This document shows positions 1-12,831 of a stretch of DNA of 64,000 nt, piece after piece. Where the stretch lies: the NCBI GenBank assembly GCA_010093815.1, contig ML996583.1; one strand, given 5' to 3'. The notes beneath the pieces are model-generated. The model had not been told where the DNA came from. It searched no databases and worked only from the letters and a program-made list of their open reading frames with translations. The DNA is from Pseudovirgaria hyperparasitica. Taxonomy: Eukaryota. Numbering within the stretch: the first letter of the stretch is position 1; every line of letters begins with the position of its first letter. Position numbers and translations under genes: made by a program.

Positions 1-1098
1 CATCTCACGCCGCTCCATGATTTGGCGTGCTTTTTCAAGGGAATATCGACCGTCCATGCCTGCATCTTTGAGCATACCCTTCAAATGACTGATCTTTGCT
101 TTTGGCGTCACATATGGTTGAAGCTCCTTCCACCACATTTTTCGAATACCACATTTGACTAGCCACCCTTGTAGTCGTTTGATTTCAGCATCATTGGGAT
201 CTAAGTCGTCCTTGGCTTTGCTTGCCTTCCTAGCACCCTTCGCTGGCTTTTCTGATCGGGTCGCCTTGGTATGTGCGGTATTTCTACCTTTCTTCTTTGC
301 CGGTGGTTCATCGAGGACATCTGACAGCTCGCTCTCAGAGTCTACGGCAGCACTCTTCGAGTATGTAGGTGGCGTTTTCTTGGCATTGTTTACAGGCGAA
401 GGCTCATCAGGGACCTCTGAGAGCTCACTTTCCGAATTTACGGTGGTCTTTTTTGGGTCTTTCGGCCCATTCTTCGTAAGATTCTTCATGAGCTGGGATT
501 CACCAAGGGCATCGGGCAGCTCGCTTTCGGGGTCAGTAGCATCTGTCTTCGGTTTTGTCTCCTCTAAATGCTCTCCATCGCTGTCATCTCCAGCTTCCGA
601 TAGCGGACTGGTTTCCTCCTCTTCGTCAGCTTCGGACTCTGATGCGACAACTTTTCTCCTCTTTCGTGGTTCCTGTCTAGTAGCAGGAGAGGCGCGTTTC
701 ACGCGACTTTTGAGCTTTCCATCGATTGAAGGTTTTGTTTTCGGTTTCTGACTTCTCTTGGACTGTGGTATTGGCCTCACATCGTCCCGTTCTTCGCTGT
801 CTCCCGCTTGCTGCTCGTCTTGCCTGGTCTGCTCTTCATATTAGCGCAGGTATCTTTGCGGAAGTCGTGGCTGATGACGTACTACTTCTGCTTCTATGAA
901 CTCCTTGCTTCGATTCTTCCAAAGACCTTCTTTCAGATAGCCAGCCGGAAGACCTAACTGCGATTCAGCGGCAGCTCGCATCCGTTTGACCGTGAGCTCG
1001 TCATGGTTCCCAGCCTTGAATATACTGGTGATTGCACTCTTCAGGGCAGTGCGGATCTGATCATCAGAGACTGATACACGATCCTCAGAGTCGGACAT
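1..1098 (-). CDS. HIRIP3-like / DEK-C-like nuclear chromatin protein, 3' end runs off the window
   Basis: N-terminal helical domain (MSDSEDR...LTVKRMRAAAESQLGL...), intron about 829-882, acidic/basic low-complexity middle, and a C-terminal block IKRLQGWLVKCGIRKMWWKEL...LKDAGMDGRYSLEKARQI typical of fungal HIRIP3-like proteins. Confidence 0.6.
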
Positions 1099-2280
1099 CA
1101 GGATTATGAAGGTTATCAGAGAAGGTAGCTACGCGTGGCTGATGCGATGTCTTTACGTGCGGGGCTTACAACATAACGCGAATGTGGGTCGCGGGAAGCG
1201 GCGCGCATCGCGGATAGATTGATGGATCATGAGTGGCAGGATTAGCGCCTGACGTGCCCAACTAATCCTACAAAGAGAACCAAGAATCATAATTAAATTC
1301 AGGAACATGGGGAGGAACTCTATTAATGTCCGGTACTTAATGATCAGTTTGGTTTACAAAGCCATCCCTCGAGAATTTGATTTGTTACTCTCTCTGCTGA
1401 CGCAAATGCGATGGTGGTTCAGCCCGACCCAATTTGGATCCATTGGACTAGGTGCTGGAGCTGGCTACGTCATGGCACCTTTCCAAACTTCCAATGCCTC
1501 TTAGGGCTGGCTACAGCTTGGAAACCATGAAACATGGTTATTATGAGGGACCTAGCCAAATTTTCCCCTTGCCACGAAGCGGACAATTTGTCTCATCTGT
1601 TTGATCGCGGAGCGTTGTCGTGCCAATTAGCCTTGATGCAAGGTCACTGGCCGACAGTAATAATGAGGTGTGGTCACTGATGGAAGATGGAATGATCGTC
1701 CGCACGCAACGGCTGTCTAGCCCAGGTTTTAGGCTGTCCGCAGGCTTAGACAACAGCTGTGCCACCCCCGGCCGGGCCCTGTAACAACGCATGCCCTGGC
1801 TTGGTTGCTATTTTCCCTGCTCTGCGTTTCAAATAGCTCCAAGGAAAGTTCAAGAACCAAGGCCTGTTGCGCTGGCCTCTTGCCATCCCTGCCAAACTTG
1901 GACGCATTCCTGTTGTCATCACCAGCTCAACTATCTGTCCTTCGGACCACTACTAACCTCTTCACCTCTCTGTCTTTACACACTTTCTAACAACTCGTCC
2001 GGAACCTGACAAATCGTTCACCTACCTTATGTTAGGCGAATCTTTCCAAAACAACCAACTCAAGATACTCCACGCTTCGCATACAAACCACCTCATCTCG
2101 CTACGCTGTGTATCTTCATCACCATACTAGATCGATTCGAGAATGCAATAGACTTCTTCACCAATTGCCGCAGCATAACTATATACCCATAGCGACTACA
2201 CGTTTGCGCCCACACTTTAAGTCGATCAAATCCGCATATTCTTCCTCGAGGCTTTACGTAATTACCTATACGCCCTCAAA

Positions 2281-3981
2281 ATGTCTTCCGACGCTACATC
2301 TACCGGTGAAGGTCGCCTGCTCCTCGTTTCCAATCGTCTTCCTATCACAATCAAACGATCCGAGGAAGGAAAATATGATTTCAGCATGTCCTCTGGAGGA
2401 CTTGTCAGTGGTTTGGCAGGTCTAGCGAAGTCCACCAAGTTTCAATGGTATGGGTGGCCGGGAATGGAAGTTCCTGAAAATGAAATTCCTATCCTCACGA
2501 AGCGCTTAAAGGACGAATACGATGCTGTTCCAGTCATGTTGGATGACGAGCTCGCCGATAGGCATTATAATGGCTTCTCAAGTATGAAAGTCTCCATGGA
2601 ATAGTCTGATCTCAGAGCTGATTGAGCGTAGACTCTATTCTTTGGCCGCTTTTCCACTACCACCCAGGTGAGATCACATTCGATGAATCTGCCTGGAACG
2701 CCTACACGGAAGCAAACCGATTGTTTGCGAAAGCTATCGCGAAGGATGTGAAAGATAATGACCTTGTCTGGGTGCATGATTACCATTTGATGTTGCTACC
2801 ATCTATGCTAAGGGAAGAAATTGGAACCACGCGGAAGAATGTCAAGTTCGGCTTCTTCTTGCACACCCCCTTCCCCAGCAGTGAGATCTACCGCATTCTT
2901 CCAGTGCGCAACGAGATCTTGATTGGTGTTCTTCATTGTGACCTTATTGGCTTCCACACTTATGATTACGCCCGTCATTTCCTTAGCAGCTGCTCTAGAA
3001 TTCTGTAAGTATGACGGCTGGAAGTTCATGCACATGTCTGACATTGAGCAGTGGACTGGCAACAACACCTAACGGTGTAGAGTTCCAGGGTAAGATCGTG
3101 ACTGTGGGCGCATTTCCGATCGGCATCGACCCAGAAAAGTTCGAAGAGGGTTTAAAGAAACCAAAGGTTCAAGAGCGCATTGCCACTCTAGAACGTAAGT
3201 TCCAGGGTGTTAAGCTGATCGTCGGTGTCGATCGACTGGACTACATCAAGGGCGTTCCCCAAAAGCTACATGCCTTAGAGGTCTTCCTCACTGAGCATCC
3301 AGAGTGGATAGGCAAGGTTGTACTGGTACAGGTTGCTGTACCCAGCCGACAGGACGTCGAAGAGTACCAAAACCTCCGCGCTGTCGTCAACGAACTCGTC
3401 GGAAGGATCAACGGCAAGTTTGGAACCGTCGAGTTCATGCCTATCCACTTCATGCACAAGTCCGTTTCGTTCGACGAATTGATCGCATTGTATGCTGTCT
3501 CAGATGTTTGTCTCGTTTCCTCTACACGCGACGGTATGAACTTAGTATCGTACGAGTATATCGCCTGTCAACAGAAACGCCACGGTGCAATGATCTTATC
3601 CGAATTCACTGGCGCTGCCCAGAGCTTGAACGGCAGTTTGATCGTGAATCCATGGAACACAGAAGAGCTTGCCGACGCTATTCATGACTCAGTGACCATG
3701 GGAGACGAGCAGCGAGCTTTGAATTACCAGAAACTTGCCAAGTACATTAACAAGTACACTAGGTGAGTTGTTGAAACTCTGGCTCCGTATTTTTGACTAA
3801 CATACGCAGTGCTTGGTGGGGAAAATCTTTCGTCAATGAGCTTGTTCGTATCTCTGAGCAGGCCGACAAGAAACTCAAAGTTCGCACCCTTTCGCTCCCG
3901 GACAGATCAATCAATGATGGCCTCACGAATGTGCCCCAGGCCGTTGGGTCTCCAGTCGTGGAGAAGAAGGCTCTTCCTTGA
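2281..3981 (+). CDS. TPS1: Trehalose-6-phosphate synthase (GT20), 4 exons (introns about 2582-2631, 3005-3051, 3763-3809)
   Basis: RLLLVSNRLP, SSGGLVSGL, WVHDYHLMLLP, GFFLHTPFPSSEIYRILP, GVDRLDYIKG, RDGMNLVSYEY motifs; canonical splice sites join the ORF pieces. Confidence 0.97.
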
Positions 3982-4462
3982 TTTCCTGGATGTCCCTATA
4001 GAATATAAGTTTGCATGAAGGCGTTGAAGGGCCATTCATTAACAGCGAGATGAAGCGTTTCTGCACATGAACCCCTAGAGAGTCTTAAATACTTGTCTAT
4101 TCAAATGAACAACTATTACTAAAACAAAATTTGTAGCGATTGTGCATCTATAAATATGGCAAAACCTGTTCACGTGATTGCGCGATATAGCCGGGATTTG
4201 ACCGGATATCCCCGTGCTTTTCTATGGCACAAGGCAGGATCCGAAGTGCTCTGCGCTCCATGATAAGCGTCGTATCAGCCAAATCATAAAGGTTACAGCG
4301 AAGAAGGTCATTACACCGGTCAATCTGTGGTATTGGACTACGATCAAGAAGCTCCAGCTGATGAAATCAGTCAATCGAGGTACTACTCATATCGTGGCGG
4401 CCATCTAGCTCTACCTCTACGAGCTTTTCTATCAGGCCCGCAGATACCCTTGCTACTGCACA

Positions 4463-5134
4463 ATGCCACCACCAATTTTACATCGCAATTTTAATGGCGT
4501 CGTCGTGTCCGCTGGCAAGATGGACCGCACAGTAAAAGTACGAATAGCAACACAAACGTGGAACAAGAGAGTTAAAAAGGTATGAACTCTAAGGTATCTT
4601 GGAACACTATACAAAGGATCACAGAGCTAAAGCCTACGCTGTTAGCACTTCCCAGATGCAAAACACCACCTTGTCCACGACCCCGCAAACTCCGTCCGCG
4701 AGGGCGACGTTGTATCGATTCAATCTGGTTGGCGCAAAGCCCAACATGTACGGCACGTCGTAACAAAGATTTTAAGTCCTTTCGGTTCGCCGCTGGAGGA
4801 TCGACCACGCTTACCTACGCTTGAGGAGTATCGCGTGGCGAGGGAGAAGTTGAGGCTGGAAAAAGACGTGCGGCAAGCTACGAGAGGCCGTGGGGCAAGT
4901 GTAAAAAGGGTCGCTATAGCGCAGGTGACGGGCATGTTTGACAAATTAGGGGTACAAGAAACAGACGAGTTGAGGAATACTTTGCGGAAAAAGATGAAGC
5001 GGATGAATAAGAAACAAAAGGAGAAAATTCGGGCGATCGGACAAGATGGAGAGATTTTATTGAGGGAGAATCAGGTTGACAGGCTGGTCGCCAATCTCGA
5101 GACACCGCGAAGCGAGGACAAAGTTCACGCGTAA
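4463..5134 (+). CDS. MRPS17: Mitochondrial ribosomal protein uS17, 2 exons (intron about 4580-4646)
   Basis: Spliced translation GVVVSAGKMDRTVKVRI...HLVHDPANSVREGDVVSI...RHVVTKILSPFG is an S17 OB-fold signature. Confidence 0.8.
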
Positions 5135-5420
5135 AGGACTGTGTTTGACATGCAACGAGTAACGCTCTTTGAACAAACATGCCAAGGGCACTCAGTCTGT
5201 AAGATCCTGTACATATACTTGTATGACTAGTCTTTTCATGTAGGTCAATTCTCATGAAGCGTGATTGAGCTCGTTAAGATCAATCAAGTAGCGCTGAACT
5301 GATGCTAAACTAGAAGATATCCCGTTGTCCATTAATTATACCATGAATGCTGACCTCAATATACCGGCGGATCTATTCATAACTCCATGCGTCCAATCAC
5401 TCCCAGAAAAGTAGTCAATC

Positions 5421-6821
5421 TCAAGGGGATACGAAATCGACATCGTCCTGGTCTTCATGATCCGCGGCAAGAATGAAAGGATGCTGGAGCGCCTCATCTG
5501 CCGTTATCCTCTTCTGTGGATCACAATCCAACAGACGCTCCAGAAATCGAATGGCCTCTACTTCTTCTGGGTCGAGCGTTTCTATTCGCTTCCCATTTGC
5601 ATCTTTCTTCGTCCGTTCTGTGCACCACAATATAATCTTCTCGAAACCATATCCATTCTCACTATACGACGGAATGTTCGTCTCAAAGACTTGGCCATGC
5701 ATGATGGCCGCCTCACGTATTCGCTTGCGCCCGAAGACATTTGTCAGCTCGAGCAACGCATCAATGTCATCTGCACTGTGAAAGAATGGGAAGCGTTTGG
5801 CAAGGAGCGTGAGCAGCACTACTCCAACACTCCACATATCGATCGCACAGGTTTGCATTGTACACTTTAAAAGTACCTCAGGGGCCCGAAAACCTCTTGT
5901 TCCAGCCCGATTCGCACGCCGACTCGGTCGTGAATCATTTTTGGGATAACTCGGCTGTTGCTTAGTCCCTTGCGCGGCAGCTTCTTGTTGGTTCGCTGCA
6001 TATATGCTCGTGCGTTGCTTCATCATTCTTTCGTTTGGAGAAAAGGCGCATAGGCAAGTATGCCAATCCGTTCCTTCCCGCTCTGCGAGGCCGAAGTCGA
6101 CCAACACACCACGTGCATGTTCAGGCGAATATAGAAAGTTGGTTGGCTTGATGTCGCGATGGAGAATAGAATGACGATGTACAGAGCTGAGAGCGGTTAT
6201 CAAGCTTTGGAAGTATAGGCGCATATCGTGAATGGACATCTCGCGGAAGTAATCCCGAAAGTCACGGTGCTGGAAGTACGGGAGAATAGCAATGACTTGA
6301 TCTTTATCGCGGAAAGCAGTGATTAGGGGGCACACTGAAGGGCATTTCCTCAAATCGTGTAACAACTCGAGCTCATTGAGGATCCGTATCGGCGAGCTCG
6401 TCGCATAGATCTTCTTTATGGCAACATAATGGGCTCTGCGTCTGGGCTGTCGTTTCTCTTTCCTTCGATTTGGGGTCAAGTACCGGTTATTTTCCTTCTC
6501 TTCGATATCCCAGTCATTTTCGAAGTGGTCGTACAGTAGATCCTCTGCTTTGTATACTGTCGAGAATGTCCCTTCGCCGATTCGATTAATGAGTCTGTAC
6601 TGCTTCGTGATACCCTCGAAGCTGGCTGCAAATCGATCAATGTCTTCCTGAACCAGCTCATCGACCTCTTCCTCATCACTGCCATCGATTGTACATCCAC
6701 TTTCCTGCAGTGGATCCTGACTCTCCTCCATATCGTAATCCGACCCTTCCTCGGACTCATCGTGGAGTACCACCTCTTGCTGCAAATTCCTCGCCATTCG
6801 CGCCTTTACCATTGTATTCAT
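5421..6821 (-). CDS. CDC7: Cdc7/Hsk1 (DDK) Ser/Thr kinase
   Basis: IGEGTFSTVYKAED, VAIKKIYATSSPIRILNELELL, HRDIKPTNFL, DFGLAE, RRANRAGTRGFRAPEVL are Cdc7-specific. Confidence 0.95.
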   Translation of the reverse strand: MNTMVKARMARNLQQEVVLHDESEEGSDYDMEESQDPLQESGCTIDGSDEEEVDELVQEDIDRFAASFEGITKQYRLINRIGEGTFSTVYKAEDLLYDHFENDWDIEEKENNRYLTPNRRKEKRQPRRRAHYVAIKKIYATSSPIRILNELELLHDLRKCPSVCPLITAFRDKDQVIAILPYFQHRDFRDYFREMSIHDMRLYFQSLITALSSVHRHSILHRDIKPTNFLYSPEHARGVLVDFGLAEREGTDWHTCLCAFSPNERMMKQRTSIYAANQQEAAAQGTKQQPSYPKNDSRPSRRANRAGTRGFRAPEVLLKCTMQTCAIDMWSVGVVLLTLLAKRFPFFHSADDIDALLELTNVFGRKRIREAAIMHGQVFETNIPSYSENGYGFEKIILWCTERTKKDANGKRIETLDPEEVEAIRFLERLLDCDPQKRITADEALQHPFILAADHEDQDDVDFVSP

Positions 6822-7095
6822 GTATGAGAGGAATGAATTTTTGAGCTCAGAAATGAGTTCCCATGATACCGTAACGTGGAGAATGAGAAGTCGAAGAGTG
6901 CGGGGTGTTTGTTTGTGTATTGGCGATGCCGGCTTCCTCCTTTAGCGGTGCCAGACTTAATAGGGGCCAGGTTTTAGGCAAGGACAACTAGAGACACAAG
7001 TCGAGTCACACACATTAAACGACAATCTAGTTTCTTGCTACAATGAACATGTGTGATTGCTGCTGGACGTACCCCCTCCTGCAGCATGCTTTATG

Positions 7096-7106
7096 ACGCG
7101 ACGCGT
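7096..7106. promoter_or_regulatory. MCB-like elements (ACGCGACGCGT) in the divergent CDC7/CND1 promoter
   Basis: ACGCGT at 7101-7106 preceded by a second ACGCG; MCB boxes are known MBF sites in G1/S genes. Confidence 0.55.
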
Positions 7107-7249
7107 CGTGGTTGTGCCGAGGTACCTCCGGCGCATAACAATTGTCAACAAACATAGAACGATACCAATCGACAAAGAAGTTCAGACTTACTACGAACTG
7201 TCGACCTCTTCATGGGCAAGCCAGTCGTGGACTGGTTCCAAGATTCAAT

Positions 7250-10200
7250 ATGGCCGACCATGTTGACTTCAACATCTCTGACGTCCTGCGACAATACCAG
7301 ACCGACCCGGCCTCCGTAAACACCCCCGAAGCCCCATCCGAATTAATTGATTGCGAAAACGACCCGGACTCGTTAACTCCTGCAATCGTGAACGGAGCTC
7401 TCAATCCAGTAATAGATGCTATTGCCGAGAATCCTGAAGCAATAACTCGTGCGGCGAATTTTGATACTTTACAATTTCTACTCAAGTGTGTACCAACCAC
7501 TGCTCCAGGATGTACGAATTATATACATGAACCTAACGAAGAACTTTTTCGCAAATCTAGAATCGCCTTGCAAATCCCTCCGACTTCTCTGTCCAAGATC
7601 CTTGACATATTAGTATCTGCTCTGTCTTCGGAGACAGATGCTGCTCACGCTGATTTAGAAGCCGACGAAAGTGATACGGTCCCTCATCATAAACAGTTAC
7701 TTGAAATATATGGATTCTTGCTGCAATGGACGCTTTCTGCAGTTGAGACAAAGGCTGCGGAGAAGTCCGCAGCTGCTCCCCCAGCAAAGGGAAAAGGAGG
7801 GAAGGGTCCGAAGACCAAAGGCGCCAACAGAGATGGTAGTTGGGATTCGACCGCTCAGTTACAAACTGCGTTGGATGTTATGAGTAAGGTGCTGAAGTTG
7901 AAACTTGCAAAGATATTTCACACTACTTCAGAACGTGATACATTCGTTGGTCTGTTTACGAGGCCCGTCTACCTCGTCCTCGAGAGTGAAACAAGAATAA
8001 AGATCAAAGAAACTCGGATGCATGCATTCAGAGTGCTCTGTATCGCGATAAAGCATCATGGTCATGGTTTCGGTAAGACTGACACTTCTTCGTACTCAGG
8101 AGACCTACTAATTTTCAGGCGCTCAAACATCGATCATCCAGAATCTATCGTACTTCGAGCATCTTTCGGAGCCAATGGCAGAATTTTTACATATTCTATA
8201 TGAGCAATACGACTACCCACAACTTGCAGAAGACATTCTTCGGTAAGAGTCCGTCGTATGCGGGTGGTGGTTATGCTAATAAGATACAGAGAATTAAGCG
8301 GCAAGGAATTCAATAGCAATGATCTCAAGGGCCCTAAATCTGTGTCGACGTTCATTACAAAGATCTCTGAACTGGCTCCCCGGCTTGTCATTAAGCAGAT
8401 GACCTTGCTTGCAAAGTTCTTAGACAGTGAAGTACATTTCAAAGATCAAATCATAACGCTGTAACCTGTCTGACATGGCTACAGTCCTACACACTCCGCT
8501 GTGCGATCATTGAAGTATGCGGCAACCTCATCATCATGCTTACAAAACAAGAAGGTTCAGAGCGCAGCGAGCATACAGAAGGACAAATCAATGCATTCTT
8601 CGATGTCCTCGAGGAACGGTTTCTGGATGTAAGCCCTTATTGTAGATGTCGTGCCATTCAAGTGTACACAAAATTGTGTGATATGCTCCCGTTTGGTCTA
8701 TACACGGATCGACGCCAGAATGCTGCTGAATTGGCGGCCCGGAGTCTTGAAGACAAGACCAGCAACGCAAGGAGAAATGCCATAAAACTACTAAGCAAGT
8801 TAATCGAGACCCATCATTTCCGGGCCTTGAAGAATGTAGACGATGGTACCCTCTCACGGCACGGAGACCAACGAAAACCTGGATTTGAGACCAGACTGAG
8901 AAGTATAGAGGCGCAGATAGATGCGTTACGACCTCCTGTAGAGCTTCAGGAAAAATCCTCGGACGTGGATCCCACCCTAAACGCAAGCATGCTGCAAGAC
9001 GCGACCCAAATGGAAGGCATTGAACAACAACCCGAACCAATGACGGCAGAGCAGTTAGCAGCGGCAGCGAAGAAAGCCGAGGAGGAGAAGGAGACCGCAG
9101 AAAAGCTGGAGAATCTCCAAAATTTTAGACGGTATCATCTCGACGCGATAAAGTTTATCGTGGTTGTCGAGGAGGCTTCCGCCACTGTCACTCAATTACT
9201 CTCTTCTAAAAACAAGAGCGAAGTGATCGAAGCCATGGACTTTTTCCAGATTCTAGATGCCTACAAGATCGAAACCGCGAGTGTGGGCATCCGGCGTATG
9301 CTTCGGCTCATTTGGACCAAGGGTAGTAGTGACGAAGGCAAGGGCGTACAAGGACATTTGATCGATGTCTATAAGCATCTCTTCTTCGATGCTCCAGACA
9401 GTTACGATCCCGAGCATGCTGCACTCTTTGTTGCCAACAACATGACAAGTCTCACGTTCGGATCGACTCCTGCCGATCTTACATCCCTAGAACAACTCCT
9501 AAGCACCATGATGAAGGCAGGTTTGATCTCTAGTGCTGTTGTTGACAAACTTTGGCAAATATATAGCGTCTCAAAGAACATCTCCAAGACCCAGCGTCGT
9601 GGTGCCATCATTATCCTTGGCATGCTCGCAGTGGCCGACCCTGATATCATTGTCAAAGAAATGGAGAGATGCTTGAAGGTAGGCCTAGGGGCTTTGGGAC
9701 GTCAAGATCTCGGCCTGGCCAGGTACACATGTGTTGCTCTTCGCAGAATCAACAACCAGGCTCGCAAGTCCGACAAACCCACAGTTGGTTCAAACGCTCC
9801 CCATTTCGCCAAGCTATCGAACGACCATGCAATCTTGATCTGCCTAGCAGCTATGACAGAGATCGTTTCCGACGATAAAGAATGGTTTGGCTTAGCAGAA
9901 CAGGCGATCGGTGCCATCTATGCTCTATCCAAATTTCCAGATGTACTTTGTTCCAACATCATTCGGAGGAAAACGAGATATGTATTTCAGTCCAAAGCTA
10001 CTTCCAGACCTATGTCCCGAGATTCTGATACCGCCATGGATGTCGACGAGCCAGAGACCGCCATGCCTGTTCCACGCGAAGAAGAGAAAGAAGACATAGC
10101 TGAAGAGAAACAGAAGCCTGCAATGGCACTATCTCAATTATTGTTCATTGTTGGGCACGTCGCAATCAAGCAGATCGTCCACCTTGAGCAATGCGAACTA

Positions 10201-11257
10201 GATTTCAAAAAGCGCAAAGCAGAGAAAGAGAAGGCCGCCGAAGCTGCAAAATCTGAGCGACAATCCCTCGCAGCTGTAAATCAATCTCCTAAGAAGAGGA
10301 AACCTGGCGCAAAGAATACTGCTACACCACCCCCAGTCGCTCAGGAAGATAAGGATGAGCTCGACCTGATTGGAAGCACAACAGAGGATGATTTCACCGA
10401 TGCTATTGCCCACATCCGTGAGAGAGAGTTACTGTACGGCGATAAATCCCTTCTCGCAAGGTTTGGCCCCATGGTCGCGGACATATGTGCGAATAATACT
10501 TCATATGCCGACGCTGAGCTCCAGGCCCAAGCCGCTCTGTGTCTTGCAAAGCTCATGTGTGTGAGCAGCCAATACTGCGAGCAGCACCTAGACCTTCTTC
10601 TTACGATCTTAGAGCGTAGCAAGGACGCCACAGTGCGTAGTAACCTCGTTGTAGCGCTTGGTGACATGGCTGTCTGTTTCAACCACCACATCGACGAGAA
10701 TACCGACTTCCTGTACCGTCGCCTCAATGATCCTGATGGCAGTGTGAAGCGTACTTGTCTTATGACTCTAACGTTCTTAATCCTGGCCGGTCAGGTCAAG
10801 GTCAAGGGTCAGCTAGGTGAAATTGCGAAATGTCTCGAGGACGAAGACCGCCGCATCGCCGACATGAGCCGTATGTTTTTCACCGAATTCGCGACGAAAG
10901 ATAATGCTGTGTACAACAATTTCGTCGATGTGTTCAGTCTGCTCAGCTCCGATAGCAGACTAGACGAAGATGCTTTTAAGAAGATCATGAAATTTATCAC
11001 AGGTTTCATCGAGAAGGTATGTCGTGCATCACGCCGCGCTCCAGAAAATATTCGTCGACACAACATCCACTGACATCCTGACGCAGGACAAACACGCCAA
11101 ACAACTCGCTAATAAGCTGGCTTCTCGTTTACCTCGCTGTGAGACAGAGCGACAATGGAATGACGTTACGTATGCTTTAGGCTTGCTACCACACAAAGAC
11201 GAGGAGATTGGCAAGATTGTGACAGAGGGCTTCAAGGTTGTCCAAAGCGCCGCGTAA
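7250..11257 (+). CDS. CND1: Condensin complex subunit 1 (Cnd1/Ycs4/CAP-D2), multi-exon
   Basis: HEAT-repeat protein with Cnd1 C-terminal domain (VRSNLVVALGDMAVCFNHHIDENTDFLYRRLND...LILAGQVKVKGQLGEIAKCLED); several introns (e.g. 7486-7560, about 8072-8118, 8242-8289, 8432-8484, 11017-11086). Confidence 0.93.
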
Positions 11258-11695
11258 TGATAGCATGGGTACTATGACTGATATGAGCGTTGATCGGAGC
11301 GTTTGAAGCGTTTGGAGTTGGAGGATTTTTCATCAGTGCGGTCTCAGAGGATATGCTCTCATTGCCGGCAGCCATGGTTTGTGTTTTATGACAGCATCAA
11401 GTGGTGTTTTGTGTTTTTGTTCGCTGTTTCGCTCACTTGTTTTGGTATACGCGAGGGAGCTTCCTCCAACGCATATGCATTCACTGTCAATGTTCGAATA
11501 GAGATTCTGTCAATTCATCATGGCCCTATAATGGTGGCTTACACAATAACCACATACAGACGCCATCAGTCATTAATCGTTAATCCCAGCCTAGTTCCAT
11601 GGTCCTTATGTACATGAAGCCTCTTTCTGCTTCAAATTTGACGTAGCGGTACCACGCCGTCGTACAAAACCAATGCTCCCAGATGCACTTCTAGA

Positions 11696-12101
11696 TTAAA
11701 CATTGATCGACATCTGCTGGTCCTCCTCATACACCGGCATGTATTCGAGACTCTGTGTAGAAACGCTCTGGAGGACCTTGTCCGAAGTCAGTGCTGAGAA
11801 TCCCCTAAAGTCACACGTTAGCTTCAAGTCCCGTTTGCAGAGAGCGGGTACGATAACTTACTTGATGATGCGGTACTCGTGAGTGATGCGGCCACCCTAG
11901 GTTCGGATCAGTTTACTAGCCATGCGGAGGTCCAAGACGACTTACAGCTTCGACGATCGCGTCTTTGGCTTGCTGCATGATGTGACCGGGGGTGTTGTCC
12001 GGGAATGTGACGATGACGGTCTTAAGGCTGACAGGCTTGGCAAGAGCTTGCGCATAAGCGCAGAATAGCGCGACGAGGAGTGTGAAGAGGGAGAATTTCA
12101 T
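11696..12101 (-). CDS. Small secreted protein, peptidase inhibitor I9/propeptide-like, 3 exons
   Basis: Signal peptide MKFSLFTLLVALFCAYAQALA; spliced VIVTFPDNTP...AKDAIVEAGGRITHEYRIIKGFSA...YEEDQQMSINV matches the I9 fold pattern. Confidence 0.75.
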
Positions 12102-12831
12102 GGTGTCGGGTGTGTCAGTATTTCTGTGGAATGTATGGAGGTGTAGGTTTGTAGGTGCGTAGGTGTGGGAGCGTTATCTATTAAAGAAAAGGCTCATTAG
12201 CACCTTCCTGAGACAGAGCCATGAGTGGGAACTCCCTTGGGTAGTATGTCATCGAGCTTATTCAGTCCTTAGTCATTCAGCTGTGACTGGACTCGGACGG
12301 GATGTTGTGGTCCAAGCCAGCGCTTGTTCTTCCAGGAACATTTTCTGTTGATAACATTCTACACTGAGAGGTAATTCTCATTTTTGGACTGGAAACTTGT
12401 TATGTTCAGCTGAGGAATAACCCAAAATTGTCGCCTCATCATTGATTTACACCGTCCATATCCGTACATCTCTTCACGCCCCTTTTACGTGCGCCGATGC
12501 TGGCTACAGGTTTTGAGCTCATTACAGCCTGTGTTGCGCACTTACGCCTGTCCTGCTACTGTATTCTCTTATCTCTGGACTCTTGTTTAGCTTAGCATTA
12601 GACTGAGAGCCTGATACGGCCTACGCGTGAATTCCTTCAACTGGAGACTCTGGCCTGTGCCTAAGGATCTACAGCATCTGGTATGTTGTTCATCTTTCTT
12701 ATGAGTAAACAACACTTCAGAGGCTCATTCTCAACGAGCGTCTATAGTCCATGAACTTGAGAAAGTGTAATTCTCCTTGAGAAGTGCCTTACGCGCCAAG
12801 CGAACCAGCCTACAAATACCACACACACAAC

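Noticed and set aside
155..751. 198-aa plus-strand ORF and similar long antisense ORFs over CDC7, MCM4, MCM2 and SRC1
   Set aside because: Antisense shadows of real genes on the opposite strand
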